Positions 39,411 through 54,821 of a stretch of 64,000 nucleotides of DNA are shown piece by piece. Origin of the DNA: the human T2T-CHM13v2.0 reference genome, Homo sapiens; the NCBI RefSeq assembly GCF_009914755.1, contig NC_060932.1; one strand, 5' to 3'. A model generated the notes under the pieces. The model was not told the origin of the DNA and ran no database searches. It was given only the letters and a program-made list of their open reading frames with translations. The position numbers and the translations under genes were made by a program. Within the stretch, counting starts at the first letter, position 1. Each line of letters opens with the position of its first letter.

Positions 39411-42400
39411 GTAGAAAATAACCTGTTCTTTCATTTATTTATGGTGGAAAGCAAGCAAGCTAATAAAGCGTTCTCACAGTGCAATGGGACGACAAGGAGT
39501 TTCACTTTCCGGGATCTTGACTTCCTCTCTGTCAAGTAGTAAAAGGTTTAAACAATAGGAACTCTAAGCTTCTTTTTAGATAGAATTTCAATTATTCTAG
39601 TATGTGTAGGAAAATAATAGAAACTAAAATGTGCTATAGGCACATCTTTCATATAGAATAAAAATATTTATGATTATTGATGTATAATCTGGATTTAAAT
39701 GAATTTGGAAAGTGGAAACTGTGGGTATTCCACTCCAGGGCAAAACACTTCAGTCTTTTAAAACTCTGTAATGGCACTTACAGGTGGAAGATCATTCTCA
39801 CGACAGCTGAGGCAAAATTTACCTCCAACTGACTATGAGAGAAAACCAACGCCATCAACAAGGCTTTCTTGGACTATATTCTGCTTTCTGCATGCTGTCA
39901 TCCTAATTTCTGGTTTCCTCGGCTAACAACACACCTGTGAATTCTAAATGTGCCTCTGCCCATTCCATGGACTTGGATGGACAGTAGGCACCTTGCTATC
40001 TCTGTGCCTAATAGCATACACATCTCCTACATAAAGAAATTGGTTCCTGAAGTCTGTTCCCTGGTTAAAGGTACGGAGAACATATATTGTTCTGAACTGG
40101 AAAGATTTTGAGAATGCAGTAGAGGCATTGTTAGTAACTGTTCAAGGACAGCAGAGATTTACCAAGACTCCTCTGCGACAGAAGCAAGAATGCTCACCTG
40201 CCTCGAGTTTGACTCTCACCCACCGCGTCATCTCTCTCTCTCCTGTTTCCCACACCCACGGCACCTACTGGAGGCAGCTGCAGGGGGAAGCCTGCAGGGG
40301 TGTAAGGTCCAAGGGAATCCGGTGTTCTGCGCTCCCCGAGCTCGGGGGTCCTGTGTTCCTCCCTCCCCATGCTTGAGGGTCTTGTGTTCCTCCGTCCCTG
40401 TGCTGGAAGGTCTCCAGTCTTGCTAAGTCTCCATCTGAGACAAGTCTGGGGCAATTTCCCCTGCACCACTCCATGGTGTCTGCTCTGTTTCAGACCTTAT
40501 CATCTTTCATCTGAAGTACTGTATTAGATTCCAAACTCTGCGTCTCACGTCTCCTTCTGGAAACCTTTTAGGGTGTACTTCCGTCCTCTCCACCGAAAGG
40601 GCTACAGGAAGAAGTGAAGTTACTGCGTGTTCAAGTTCGTCTCCTCGTGGATCCCCCTAAAGCGCAGCCTTCCTAAACGGTAGCCCATTCATTTGTCTTC
40701 AAAAGACGCGAAAGAAGGGGATGGAAAGAAATTCCACCTGTGAGTGGTATACTGAGTCGGTGTCCCTGCAGGCATTTGGCTCCATCCTGCTAGGGATGGC
40801 TGCAGAGCTGTGAGAATTCACCTCAGAGTTTTCTGCCCGACCCATTACAGGGGCGCATTCGAGCACTCCTTCTCCACCCAGGAAGGGCGGTGGGAGCCCC
40901 CTCTCAGTCCAAGTGGGGCTGTGTCAAAAGGAGGAGAAGACTCCTGCAGGCTTTGCAAACTCTGAGGGCAGAGCCTGGGGCAGAAATCAGGAGCTTCAGG
41001 GAGCAGTTGAGGGAGGGCTGAGGCTCTGCCACTGTGAAGCGGGCTAAGAGCAGGGAGGTGGGCAGGAGAGGGGCTTGGAGCAACCTCATCACAGGCAGCA
41101 GACGCAGGGAGCTTCCTGGAGAGCCCCTGATTGCTGTGTTTCTCCTGCCCAGCGTTTCTAATTTTATGTAATCTCCACTTTCACACACTTTTAAAATTTG
41201 TGATAGATTCATGCAATTCTCATAAAACTACCTGGAACATACACAGGTTAACTAAACCATTCCCTTGATTTGATCTAATTAATTCCTTTTAGCTATGTTT
41301 TCTTTAAAAGAAATTCAAGAAGAGTTCCTTCTGCCTCTCAAATTGCAGAAGTAACATAATTCTGTATTTTGAAAATGTCGCAATGGGATACTTCTGGTCT
41401 CGATCACATCTCAATCCCTTTAATATAAAATATTTGCTTTTATTTGAGCCCCTATGGAAATGCATGTAATCTATTTACTCTTAACTCAAGTCAACACCTA
41501 ATATAGCCCCCAAACAAACTCAATTGTTCAGCTATTTCCTCTGTAAAGTTCTACTATCTAACCTTCAGAACTTTTCTAAATTCTCAATATCATATGATTT
41601 TCTGGAGACCAAACAGAATATTCTAATTATTTAAAAGTGTGTAAATGCAGAAATTAGTAAACATAATTATCAATAAACTAGTTATATACTATATAATTTT
41701 AATTCAAATTGAAATAAAACTCTCTTGTTAGACAAATTAATGAGATGGCTTAGTAAATAGTTAACAAATTGTTAATAAGTGTTTTTTTCTATTTATCTTA
41801 TGCTTGTTTCTGTTACACTACCAGTATTAGCAGCTTATAATAGATAATGATATTACATTTACTTACGCAACATGTGGATTTATCTGTTTTTCACAACTAT
41901 TCTCTAAGGTAAATGCTATTACTATATCTCTTTGCCCAAATTCATGCAACTACTAAGTGGCAGAGCTGGTTCTTAAAGTGATGATTGCAAGTACTGAAAA
42001 ATAATAGTTTCTTGGTAAAAAACTGAGTAACAAACCATTGAGTAGCATATAGAAAAAACAAGGTTTGTACCACTGTAGTTGATGTCCCAGGGTACAACAC
42101 GGCTCTAGCATACTGAGAAATACCAGAATCAAACTTGGAGGCTTTTGTCACAGCAAAGAGAGCCCAGAAATTCCTCAGTGTTTCAGAAAGCCTGCAACGC
42201 CCTGGAGTTTTACCCAGCTCTGCTCATTAAAGCTTGAATTTTTACATAAATAATAACTGAGATTTTAGAACTAAAATAAGCCAACCAAAACCAAAGGCAT
42301 CTGTGATGAACACTTTACGGAATCTAAAATCAGAACATTTCTCTTTTAGAACTGGCAACCCAACAGCTTTGAGAGGAAACTATATAAATAAGATGGATAT

Positions 42401-42864
42401 TTTGACAAAATGTAAAAATGAAGAGATGATCACTTAGACACAGAACTGTTGGTAATAACTCAATAATTGGTAAATAGTGGGGTTCAGTAAATTTAATATT
42501 ACTATAAATATAATTATTTTAATATTACATAATTTAAGTGAAATCCATACCTATAATAGTTTCCTCACAGTTTTTTTTAAGTGAAATCAATATGAAGATG
42601 TCTACCTTATTTTTTCTTCCTACTGGCAAGCATCTATATTGAACTTAAAAGGAGTTAAAAAAATTCATTTGATAGCCAATGAAACATGATTATGAGTATG
42701 ATTTCTATCCTAAGATTTAAAATGTAGTAACATAATTGCAAACTATGTATGCAAACTTACAGAGAAATAACAGTATTACCCTCTATTACTACCCTGGAGG
42801 AAATATATATTTTACACAAAGTATTTAAGAAAGAGGAAAACACGCTCAGATGTTTAATTCTTGA

Positions 42865-43233
<369 letters not shown>

Positions 43234-43583
43234 AAAAGACAGTATTTTTGTGTCTGAGTATAGTAGGAGTATTTCTAACACTTAGTCATACTATGCATAA
43301 ATACTGTGGTATTTAAGAAAGCTTGTAATATAGTGGATGAGACCTGAGTTGAAAAAGACATAAGAGAAAGCACTATGATACATAAAGGAGGAATGTAGAC
43401 TTTCTCTCCAGAAGCACTAAATGGCACCACAGTGAGAATACTCACTTTGCATCTGAATCTCAGACTGCTCTGCAATGAATGTGGCATCTAGACACAGGAT
43501 GCAGCTGGAACTTTTAAATTCAAACAGTAAAGTGTAAGCACGGATAGCATTTGCTGGGCTGTTTGCTTCAACAATAGATCCTA

Positions 43584-43775
<192 letters not shown>

Positions 43776-44954
43776 TTATTTTCTACAACATTGTGTCAGT
43801 TTGGTAAAGACATAACATTTATGGGAAATTTCAAGTTAGCTATTATCTAATCACAGTAAAAAAAAAAAAAAAATGGTGCATGGACTCCAACTGGGGCATG
43901 GACTCCAGTCAGCAAGTGGATTGCTCAGCCGGCAGGACTTTTGCTTGGTATCTGCAGTGTTACGCTGGGACACTTCATTTTTCCCAAAGGCCTCTCCACT
44001 CACCAAAGGATCTAACAGATGACAGCCTCATGTGCAATGTCAATACCAAAGTAGCCCATTTCAAATCCCAGTGTGACTCAGAGTGTTCACGTAGGTGTCG
44101 TTGTTCAGAGAGTCTCCATACACACCTAATTGTGTGCGACTGCAGTAAGATAGAGGGAAAGGCACCGCCGAGTGCAATTCAACCAGAGTTACCATCTCAG
44201 CTACGTCTTACACTGTGTGACCTCCAATAAATTGTGTCTTTTCAACTTTAAAAAAGGGTTTTGGAGCAGATGATCTCCAAAGTCACTTTCGAGCTTTAGG
44301 TTCTATTCTACAATAAACTATACCAATTTCTTTACAGCACAACGCAAGTAGGAACTTAAAATTTATTGCAAGTTTAAAGAAAGAAAATAGGAATGGTGAC
44401 TTTAAAAATAAAAAAAAATCTTAAAGTTGAAATGAAAGACTGAGTGAAGCATAGAAATTGCATAATTCTATATATACAACTTAGTCTGGAATACAAAAAT
44501 AATTTAATTGGCCTCCAGTTTATGAAAGGAGTTTTTTTTTTTTAAATCAATACACATATTTTAGAAATATAATGTCAGCAGAGACTCTGGTTTTAACATT
44601 CATAATTTAAACTGGGTTTCAGAAAGGAGCAGAAGAAACTAATTTCACAAGAAGAAATTAATGTAAGAGAACTTCTGCTTCATTTTCCTAAGACATCCTA
44701 TGACACAAACTGACAAAAATTTTTCATAGGAAGGATTAATCCTCGTCATAGCCCATCCTCTATTTTTTCATTCCTTGAGTTTAACCCTTTCTTCAAGTCA
44801 GTTATTATTCTAGCAGACTCAGCTACAAAACTCAGCACAACAGGACTTGTGACTTAACAAGGGCTACTTTGTGGGGGGACAAGAATTAACCACTGAACGC
44901 AGGTTTTCCAAAGGGACTCAAGAACCAGACATTTCTCTCTTCCATGCATGTCAA

Positions 44955-44990
<36 letters not shown>
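44955..44990. repeat. (AAT)12 microsatellite
   Basis: Direct. Confidence 0.97.
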
Positions 44991-44992
<2 letters not shown>

Positions 44993-47900
44993 AAATCATG
45001 GCTATTCCTCATAATGCTTCTTTAATCTGTAATCTACTGTGACTGTTCATCTGAGATCTCTCCTAAATGGTTATGCATTCCCTGACCTTAGGAACTGTCC
45101 TCTTTCTGCATTTACCTGTCCCTCCTCAGCACTGTGTACCACGCTGCAGTCCTAGACATGTGAAAATGGGACAACATAATTTGAGACAACTGTTCAGTTG
45201 CTTCCTACTTACTATGGAAATAATTAGCTAAAATTGACCTATTCTACATTGATAAGTGTGTTAAAATTAACTTTTAAAATGCTGGCATTTACTGTCCAAA
45301 TGAAAAACAAACATGGGTAAAACATAACTGGGTTTCCGAAACTCAGTAGGTGTGTCATTGGTCTAAAGGTCACTGGACAAAGGACTGGATGAAAACATGG
45401 ACCCCTCTTATACACTAATATCTCACTCTCTAATGAGTCTGTTTTAATGAGCTGTTCTCAGAGAGGATCATAAACTTTAGATGTGAAATCTTAAAGCCCT
45501 CTAATATTAGCATTATCCAACTAGAAAACCTTTGAAAAAAGTGATAATAAACTCTGAGTTGTAATACCTTTATGTTGCATTTTCCTACTTTTTAACACTT
45601 CATAATTAACAGCTGTTATAAACATCATGTAGCGTTCATAAATATTTGCTGATTTAATTGTGAAGCAATGTAACCATATTGGCATTGTCGGCCTGCATTT
45701 CAAGCTTTTAAAAAGTACATCTGAAAAACATCTGCAGGGGAAAGTCATTTGTTACAATCCTACTGACAACGTGGGCTCAGCCTGTCATTGGCCCAGATGT
45801 TCCCAGCCGGAAAGATCCCTAAAGCTGGCCCCGCCCATGGCTTTGTGTCCTAGGTGCCTGCTGTGAAGCTGGCCCCTCACTTGGCTTATGAAAATTGGCT
45901 ACCAGCATCTCATGAAATGCATCTCATGCATATTTTATTTGTGAAGTAACTTTTAATAAAATATGCATAGGAAGCCAGCCCGTCACCACATTTTCAGGCC
46001 TATGAAGTACCAAGTTTCACACAAAGCAAGTCATGGACCCAGTTCCTTCAGAGACATTCTTTACCAAAAGCTTTCAAATTAACCCATGTTTCTTTTTTTA
46101 ATTTAGAAATCTCTGTCCGTCTTTGCAACATATTTTAATAAAAAATTGTTTATTTTTTGTCCATTTTTTTATTAAGCCATCAAAATGGTCATCTAAAATG
46201 AATATTGGGAATATTCAGACCAGAGATTTGTGTCTGATTTGTTCATTTGTTTAACTTTGCCAATTAGAACAATTTTTAGCATTTGATTCTTTCCTCAATA
46301 AATATTAGCATAGCTTCTGAATAGGTGTAACAGCCTTAAGTCACATAACCTAACTGTAATTATGTAATTCTAACCCTCCTTCTTAGGACATTGTTGAAAG
46401 CTTGTGCTACTTTCTCAATGTTTGCCTTTCTAAATCTTCTCCAACCTAATCATCTGCTTCTTTACCATGTGATGATGCGCCCCCTATTTGGCTCGTTATG
46501 ATTTATTTAGTTATTGCCTCCTTGCATCTAGGGTTTTCTACTAGTCAGAATCACCCTCAGTTTTTCAAATGGCAACTACCGTAAGTTCAGCCGTGCATGT
46601 GTAGAGACCTTATTAAACAACCACCCTGTGGCTTGAGCTGTTGTGATTTCTACCAGCCGATGTCCACACGGTGGTGAACAGAGTGTCTGTTGTCCCCTAG
46701 CTGTCCTGCAGCTCACCTTATTACCTGGGCCAGGAAAGCTTACATTAATTTCTCTGAATTTCATAGTGGAGAGAGAAGAGCCAACACACAGTCCTCCATC
46801 TAGCACACCCACTGTCTTCCCTCCGTCAGCTTCCAGCACCAGAAGGGTATAATTTCTCATGTCTACCATATGTTACGCTTTAAAAAATTAGGTATTTGGA
46901 AAATAGAAAAAGAAGAGTTAGAGAAGAAAATGGGACAGGCTGAGAAAGAAGAGATGACCCAGGGCTGAGCTTTGTACTGAGTAGATCCAATGAGTGAGTG
47001 TCCTTGCTCAGGGAGCTTTGGTGATGATCTGTTAGGGATGCCTGCTGTCCTCCCTTAGAAATCCTCTAGTTAGACGGGAAGGGCACAGCAGCCTGCGAGG
47101 CAGGAAGAATAATGGGTGTCGAGAAAATCTCGGCAGTGCACGCAGGCCCTTGCAAAGGAAGCGGATGGCTGCCATTATCTTATCTAAAAACCATATCCGT
47201 GTTGCTTTGTCGCCTATTGGGGGGCTGTATTGAATACAAATTTATCTGATGTTCTGGGAGGTCACGAAACGATGCCATAAGTTCTGACTCAGAAACATAG
47301 ACGTATGAAAGTTTATCACCTGCCTCTCTCTTCACTCATGGACTCTGCTGGTTTTTCACTTCATGCAAAGAACCGATTGGGCAGCTCCTCACACAGGAGA
47401 CAGCCGAGGGAAACTGTTCTGACTGGGACTGGACAATTTCATAGCATCCCTGGAGGCAGGGAAACTTCTTTCCTTCCCTTAGCTTCTGTGCTAAACAGGC
47501 AGTCAATTAGTCAACGAAGTATGTGATTAACCAGCATAATTAAGTAACTACAGTATACCAGTGCCAAGCCAGTTTTTAAAACAAGATCTCTCTCCGTAAG
47601 TTGCCATCGTGGATATCTGTAGACGCACGTTTACACAAACTATAGTAGAATGCCTCTTTCTACTCTTGCAAAGGCCTTGCCTCTTGGAAATATAACATCT
47701 AATAGAGAGTAAAATTCACCGACATGCTTGATAAAGGTACTTGGATAATAACTACGACCTAATGTACACCTGATGTTACTTGCTTGGCAGTTTTCCAGAC
47801 CTGTAAACTCAAATTTCACTTACATCTTTTCTGTCTCCCCAGTAAAACTAGAATTCACAGAATGATAAATTGAAAATATAAAACGTCAGGAGGGAAAGTG

Positions 47901-48508
47901 GAAAGGGAGAAGAAAAATGACCAATTTTGGATGCCAATGCATGCCATTTTGACATTTATCCACTTAATCAATGAATATTTGTTAAGTATAAAATAGGTTT
48001 GTTTCATGCAATTTATCTTACTTAATAAAAGTAATAACTTATCTGTTTATTTAAATGCAATTCCAGGAAATCTTATGGTTCTATAGTAACTACTCAATTA
48101 ATCAAATTACTTGAAAGAAGAAACATTCTAATTGATTAAATTTAAATTAGTGGGATTTCAGGAGTCGCATTAGAAGCTTTTTTTAAAGCAAATTTATAAT
48201 TACATTGGATAGCCTATTTCTCATATGTTTTTAGGAGAAAACATTTTTATCAAGCACAAATTTTACGTCCAGATTGTGAACCATAATGAAGATAATACAT
48301 CACAGAGGCTAAGAACTTCCTTTCCTTCACCACACCTGGTTCCAGGCCTGGCTTAGGTAGTCAGTAGCTGTCTCATCTTAACTTATTTAATTTTAAGCCA
48401 CTCAGCTTATTTAATTAGAATAATCATAACTCCACTTATGATTGCTCTAAGGATTGAATAAAAGAAGACAATAAAGCATTTACTACATGGCCTGACATAT
48501 CACAGCAA

Positions 48509-48822
48509 GGCCAGTGTGGTGGCTCACGCCTTTAATTTCAGCATTTTGGAAGGCTGAGGCGGGTGGATTACCTGAGGTCAGGAGTTTGAGACCAGCATGG
48601 CCAACATGGTGAAACCCTGTCTCTACGAAACATACAAAAATTAGCTGGGTGTGGTGGCAGGTGACTGTAATCCCAGCTACTCAGGAGGCTGAGGCAGAAG
48701 AATCCCTTGAGCCAGGGAGGTGGAAGTTGCAGCGAGCCAAGATAGCACCACTGTACTACAGCCTGTGTGACAGAGGGAGACTCTGTCTCAAAAAGAAAAG
48801 AAAATAAAAAGAAAGAAAAAAA
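48509..48822 (+). mobile_element. AluSx-like element following a MIR (~48305-48500)
   Basis: ggccagtgtggtggctcacgcc...cctgaggtcaggagtttgagacc...actctgtctcaaaaag. Confidence 0.92.
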
Positions 48823-50483
48823 GTATACATGCAGTGCTCATCATGAGTTGAACACTGAGGGTATGGCGGAGAGAGAACAAAACTAAGTTTCTTGCCTTCA
48901 GCAGGAAACTAACAAACACATGGACATATAATGTCAGAAGGAGAAAACTGCTTTGAAGAAAGGCAGATAAAAGATTTGTAAAGTGAGGGAAAAGGCCTGC
49001 TCTGTAAGAAGTGGTTTTGGAAGGACGTGGGTTCAGATGGCATTTGACGAACGGCATAAATGGACAGTCACAGGGATACCTGGGGGGAGGCGGATACTCC
49101 AGAGAGGGGAAACCAAATGCAAGAATCCTAGGAGAGAAACACCCCTGGCAAGCTCTAGGAATGTAAATAGCACCAACTTAAGGTTAGCTTTCAGGTTCTT
49201 TGATGTCAATAGAGTATGAGAGTAGTATAAGATACAAAACTATATTATTGCCAATAACTTAGTAAAAATAATAAGGAGAAAAATATATTTTCTCCCAGGT
49301 GACCTTCAGGTAAAAAGTATAAAACTTCAGGAGTCAGGAAACAGCAGCAGAAATTTCTCCAAATTCACAGGAATTAAAAATTAACCGTGTGTTCTTCTGT
49401 CTAAATCTCTGAGACAGTGGTTACCTGATCAAATACACAAAATATTATCCTGACACTGGATCTATAACCTGGTATAAAGAAGAGTCATCTTTCGGGGTAA
49501 ATGATCTTCTCATTACTCTTTAAAAGGTCATTTCTGCAAGGGCAGAAAACACCAATGGAAAAGAAAAAGCTGTAAAAGTTTTTGGTAAATGATGAGTTCA
49601 CAAATTAAGAATAATTTTTAGCTAACCTCATCTGAAATTCCAACGCAATAATAACTTTATTCCCTGACTCTGCCTGGCTCCAATTAGCTCACAGGTAACC
49701 ACAGTTACAACTGGCAATAATACTTTATTTCTCTTAGAGGGCTTTTCATCTCAGGGAGCAACTCAAAATATTAACTCTACAGATCAAAGTGCATTAGCAT
49801 TAAAGAAGTTCTCTACATAAATCGCCCCTAAAGACTGATGGAATGAAGTACCAGCCTGAACATTTTACTTAAAAAAATAGAATGATATACTCTTCTCTCC
49901 ACTTTGTTTGCTTATTTTAAAAATCTACTGCCAGTTAAAGATACTCATACAGTTTTAAACAGCTCGTAATGTCTTACCCTGCAAAAAATCATAATGGTTG
50001 TTTTCATATTCCTAAATGAAGTAAGCGTAATTCCAAACAAAATCACTTGTATAATTACTGAGCTATGACAACCATTCATCTGTTTGGTAACAGGAAGAAA
50101 AGGTAATGTTGCCCCCCGTTCTCAGAGCTAATTAGCTAATGTAAGCATTGGCTAACCACACCAGCCTCCAGATGGAAGGATCACTTCTGACTCACTGCAA
50201 TTTATCGAATGCTTCCATCAGATATTCCTGCTCCAGAGAAGGCATGATCATTACTTCAGAGTTACAGTCCCTTCATGAAAATAGGAACCTTGAGAATCAG
50301 TCCTTCCTGGATGCACCTCGCTGGAATACCTTTATGCTCAGAATGGACCTGATGTTCAGACCAGGGGCATTTTATTGCATTTCATAGACGGTTGAGTTGA
50401 GAATATGTGGCAGAAACGATCATTATCAGGCCACCTTTAGAGGCTAAGAATGAATCAGGAAAATTCAAAACTATGATGCTGTC

Positions 50484-50793
<310 letters not shown>

Positions 50794-51257
50794 TGATACT
50801 ATTTTTTGTGGTAATGGAAGAGTGACAAATGAACTTGGAAAATGGTCCCTGCTGTACCGAACGTGTCAACAGCAAAGAACGATTCCCTGTAGTCTGTTTT
50901 AGGTAGGATTTATCCATTTTCCTGGACACTGTAGATATATAACGTTATCTTTTTATAAAAAGTTATAAAAGCTCCACTTTTATAAATGTTTTTCACCTCT
51001 TCTCTAATGGATGAATCCATTATCGGAAGCAAATTGAGACGCTACTTAAAAAAGGGAATGGTGACATACTCAGGGTTCCTAAAAGTTGCCAACCTGAGGA
51101 ACTTACGTATTTTAATTGAAGAAAGAGTGTTCTACAGAGGGATGCCAGCCAGGAAGTGGGGCACAACTCACTGGGCTCATTTCTCCTCTTCACAACTACA
51201 AGGGTGTTGATGGCTTTTCATAGTGAGGAAGAAAATCATAACTGTAAATGTCTAAAC

Positions 51258-51552
51258 TTGCGCTGTCATATGTGGCAACTGCTAGCCACACGTGGCTACT
51301 GAGCACCTGAAATGCAGCTGGTCTGAGATGAGCTATGCTCTAAGTAGAAAATGCACACTGGATTTCCAAAACAAAGTATGAAAAAAAGAAAATATATAAA
51401 ATATCTCATTATCATATTTGTATTAACTATATGTTAGCATGATACTATTTGGGAGTATTTGGGTTAAATAAAATGTTATTACAATTAAATTCACCTGTTT
51501 CTCTTTCCCTTTTTAGTCTAGCTACTAAATATTTCAAAATCACATACATAGT
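51258..51552. mobile_element. MER33-like hAT-Charlie element
   Basis: gcgctgtc...ctagccacacgtggctactgagcacctgaaatg...tgggttaaataaaat...ttcacctgtttct. Confidence 0.75.
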
Positions 51553-51559
51553 TTGGGAA

Positions 51560-52700
51560 ATAAACACATACCTTTCCCAGTTACTCAATCCAGCACTAAC
51601 TTAGGTGCTCCTGTGAAGGGATTTTGGAGGCATAATTAAACTACCTTATCAACTGACTAAGTTAAGGAGATTATTTTGTCTGGCCTTTACATAATCAGTT
51701 GGGAAGTCTTCAAAGAGGGCTTAGAATTTCCCTTACAGAGCAACTCCTGCCTGTGGACAGCAGCTTTGACCTCTTCCTGGGGAGCCTGGCCTCATCCCTA
51801 TCTTTCCTTCCTAACAGCCTGTCTTTCGGAATTCAGATATAATGCCAGCCCTACCAATCATGTGAGCCAGTTCCCTGATCTAAGCCCACACATTTCTCTC
51901 CATCCTAGTGGATTTGCTTCTCTGCTTGAATTTTTACTCACAGAGTCAACTGCTTGGACATGAGGTGTTGCTGAAGCAAATGTGGGCACAGCTTTGGAAC
52001 CGGGTTGTGGGTCAGAGCTGCATGGTTTTGGGGAGTGTCATAGAGAAGGCCTCAGGTGCCTCGAATAGACTGCTAGTAGAAATCTATCTTGTAAGGATAC
52101 TCTTGATGGGACTTGGAAAGAGCTAGAGATATTCCTGGAAACCGAAAGAGGTGGCAGAAGCTTAGCAGAAGTGGTTCTGTGATTAGGTAGGAAGCAGGGT
52201 GTTCAGCGACAAACACAGATGGACAGCTAAGGAGAGTTGCAGGCCATGTGTCCAAGAGGCCACTTGATTTCTTCTTGCTGCTGATACTAAAACATGATAG
52301 GAAAGACATAAACTGAGGGGAGGACTATCAAACAAACAGGAATCAGGGCTGGGTGATTTTGAAACTTCTCAGCCTCTGCAGATGGCAAAAGAGGCTGCCA
52401 TTTGGAAGCTACAGCTGCACAAGCATTCTAGACAGGAAAGGCAGAGCGTGTGGCTGCGCAGCCATGCCCTGAAACCTCAGAGTGACTGTAAGGTCAGAAC
52501 ACAAGTATTAGGTCCCAGAAAGGATACTTTTCAAGAAATTGAGGGTTTCTTATCCATCTTATCAACTGATGCAACTAGATAGATAAGGAGCATTGTCCCT
52601 CTGAAGTGTCAGCAGGAGTCCAAGATGGAGAAACGATTATCTCAAAAATATGTGAGAGCATGGCCTTTGTCTAACTGAGTCAACACTAGTAAAACCCATC
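51560..52700 (+). mobile_element. MLT2-like LTR followed by MaLR/MLT internal sequence
   Basis: ctgtgaagggatttt...aatcatgtgagccagttcc...tcctagtggatttgcttctctg, then aatgtgggcacagctttggaac...agaggtggcagaa. Confidence 0.55.
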
Positions 52701-53762
52701 CACTATAAAAACACCTCCTTAGGAATTATTTCCAGCAGTATAAGTCATTATTTCAGACAAAAAATTAAGTTTATTACTTCAAATACATTTTTACTTCTTA
52801 CTAAATTTATTAGAAGTAATAAACTTAATAAGAACTAATAAGAACTGAAGTACTATTCAATGTTGATCAAAGTATATCTAACTTAAGCAGAACGAGGGAA
52901 TCATCAGTAAGAACAGAAGATTGACAAAGCCAGGCACTCTTTGCCTGTGGAGTTGAAAGGAAGAGGCAGAGTCTTGGCGATTACTAGTAACGTTCCAGAA
53001 AACTAAACCAAACACACCAAACAAGAGAGACCCTGCGAAAAAAGTGTTCTCTTCCAAAATATGATCAAGTGGGACACTTGAATTGACGAGAACAGGAAAC
53101 CACAAAGAATCCTCTTCTAATTATCTCTAAGCGTGAGTAGCTGGGGGGTTGAGAAGGATGGGAGAAATGTCTCCACCTTCAGCCTGGATGGAGCAGCTGT
53201 TTCCTAAGTGATAAGCACCTCTGAGTGTGTGATATCTTTGGGATAGGATACTGAGAAAGGGCTTTGAGTTTAAGATGAGAGTCAGGGCCAAGAAAGGCAA
53301 TGTCATAGGTAAACATATAAAATCAAATAATATAAAGGCAAATATTTAAGTTACTCTAAAATACTGATTTAAAAGTAACATTTAAAAGAATGCACATTTA
53401 CTATTTGTCTAAAGTGAACTTTAAAAATAATGAAGCCTATTTCCCGGATATAAGAGCAAGAAAACTATTGAAGGATTTTTTTTTCCCCAAAGGAAAAATA
53501 ATCCATGTGACTCGTTCCTCCTGTATAATTGGGAGGCTTGTGCATCACCAGCCCTAGTGGGAACATGAATTTTAGTACAGCTCTTTGAAGTGCTTAAGGG
53601 TCTTATGTTAGAATTGAAAAATGCACAATCAAAGTTGTCTAGTGACAAAAAGAAGGGGACAGCCATGTGCATTTCCTGGACCAGAGATTGCTGACTCTCC
53701 TGAAGGGTCTCCATTTAAGAGGTGACAACTCGCTATCAGCTGGGCCATACACCCTCCCTCCC

Positions 53763-53824
53763 CTTCCGGTGGGGCGGGTCCTGCAAAGCTGTATCCCCTG
53801 CATGTGACTGACCCCTAGTGGTTA
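53763..53824. promoter_or_regulatory. Cluster of ETS (CTTCCGG), GC-box (GGGGCGGG) and CTCF-like motifs
   Basis: ETS 53763-53769, GC-box 53771-53778; reverse complement of 53806-53824 contains CCACTAGGGGTCAGT. Confidence 0.4.
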
Positions 53825-54821
53825 TAGGGACCAGGTACAATACAGTAAATGGGGCCAAAGAGTATTCTTAGCTTAGAGGACGATAGTGACGTGTTTGGTA
53901 ACTAGTTATTTTCACAGGCTGCAATGACACTATGCTTGTTGTACCTTTTTTAATAACTAAAATGCTTAAAAGTTTAAAATGTATAAGTCCATTCACGTGA
54001 AAAGACTATATGGAAAGATAAGGTATTCTTACATATGAAGCTTTCCTTTTTAGTCAAACTAGGGCTTTTTCTCCCAAAACTACCAGTTTACATAAATCAT
54101 TTTATGGCCAAAATTCAAAAACAAAACCTCCAAACCCAGCATTTCTTTAATTTTATTATTATTTTCATTTTAAAACAACCAAAATAATTTTCTGCTTTTC
54201 AATATGATTTCTGTAATTCTGGTAAGAATTTGTGTATACTTCATAGCAGTAAAAAATAAGTAATTTAACCTTTGCTGACTTCGTATGTTTTATTAGAAAA
54301 TGATGATGACAATAATGATGAATATTTTACTCTGCTAACTATGTTAGAGATTAAAGATCATTTATTAATAAAATGATGATTTGCAATCAGGCTAACAATT
54401 CCTTTTATTACTTACATAATTAATACCTAAAAAATTCAACCTCACTGCAATACGAAAGTGAACATTTTTAGGTTTGCGGGGTGCACAGAAACCTTTCCGG
54501 CAGGTCCAGCTGTGGGACATATATTCACACACATGCACACTGTTTGTGTGTATTGATAGATACCAAGTTATACTCAGTATGTGTGGATTTGCTCACATCT
54601 ATCCTCAAATGTAAAACACAAAAATATTCTTGGAAATGTTAGCCTCTCAGCAAATTCCAAGGAAAGGTTTCTGTTATTACCCACATCACTATGAAAACAT
54701 ACATTACTACCGAATTCTACTCTTCCCATACACAATGCTTCATGCTTAAATTGTATATTCATAAAAATGCCAACCTTAAAGAAAGAGATAATCCAGGCTT
54801 TACCCACCGCAGGTGCCTTAC

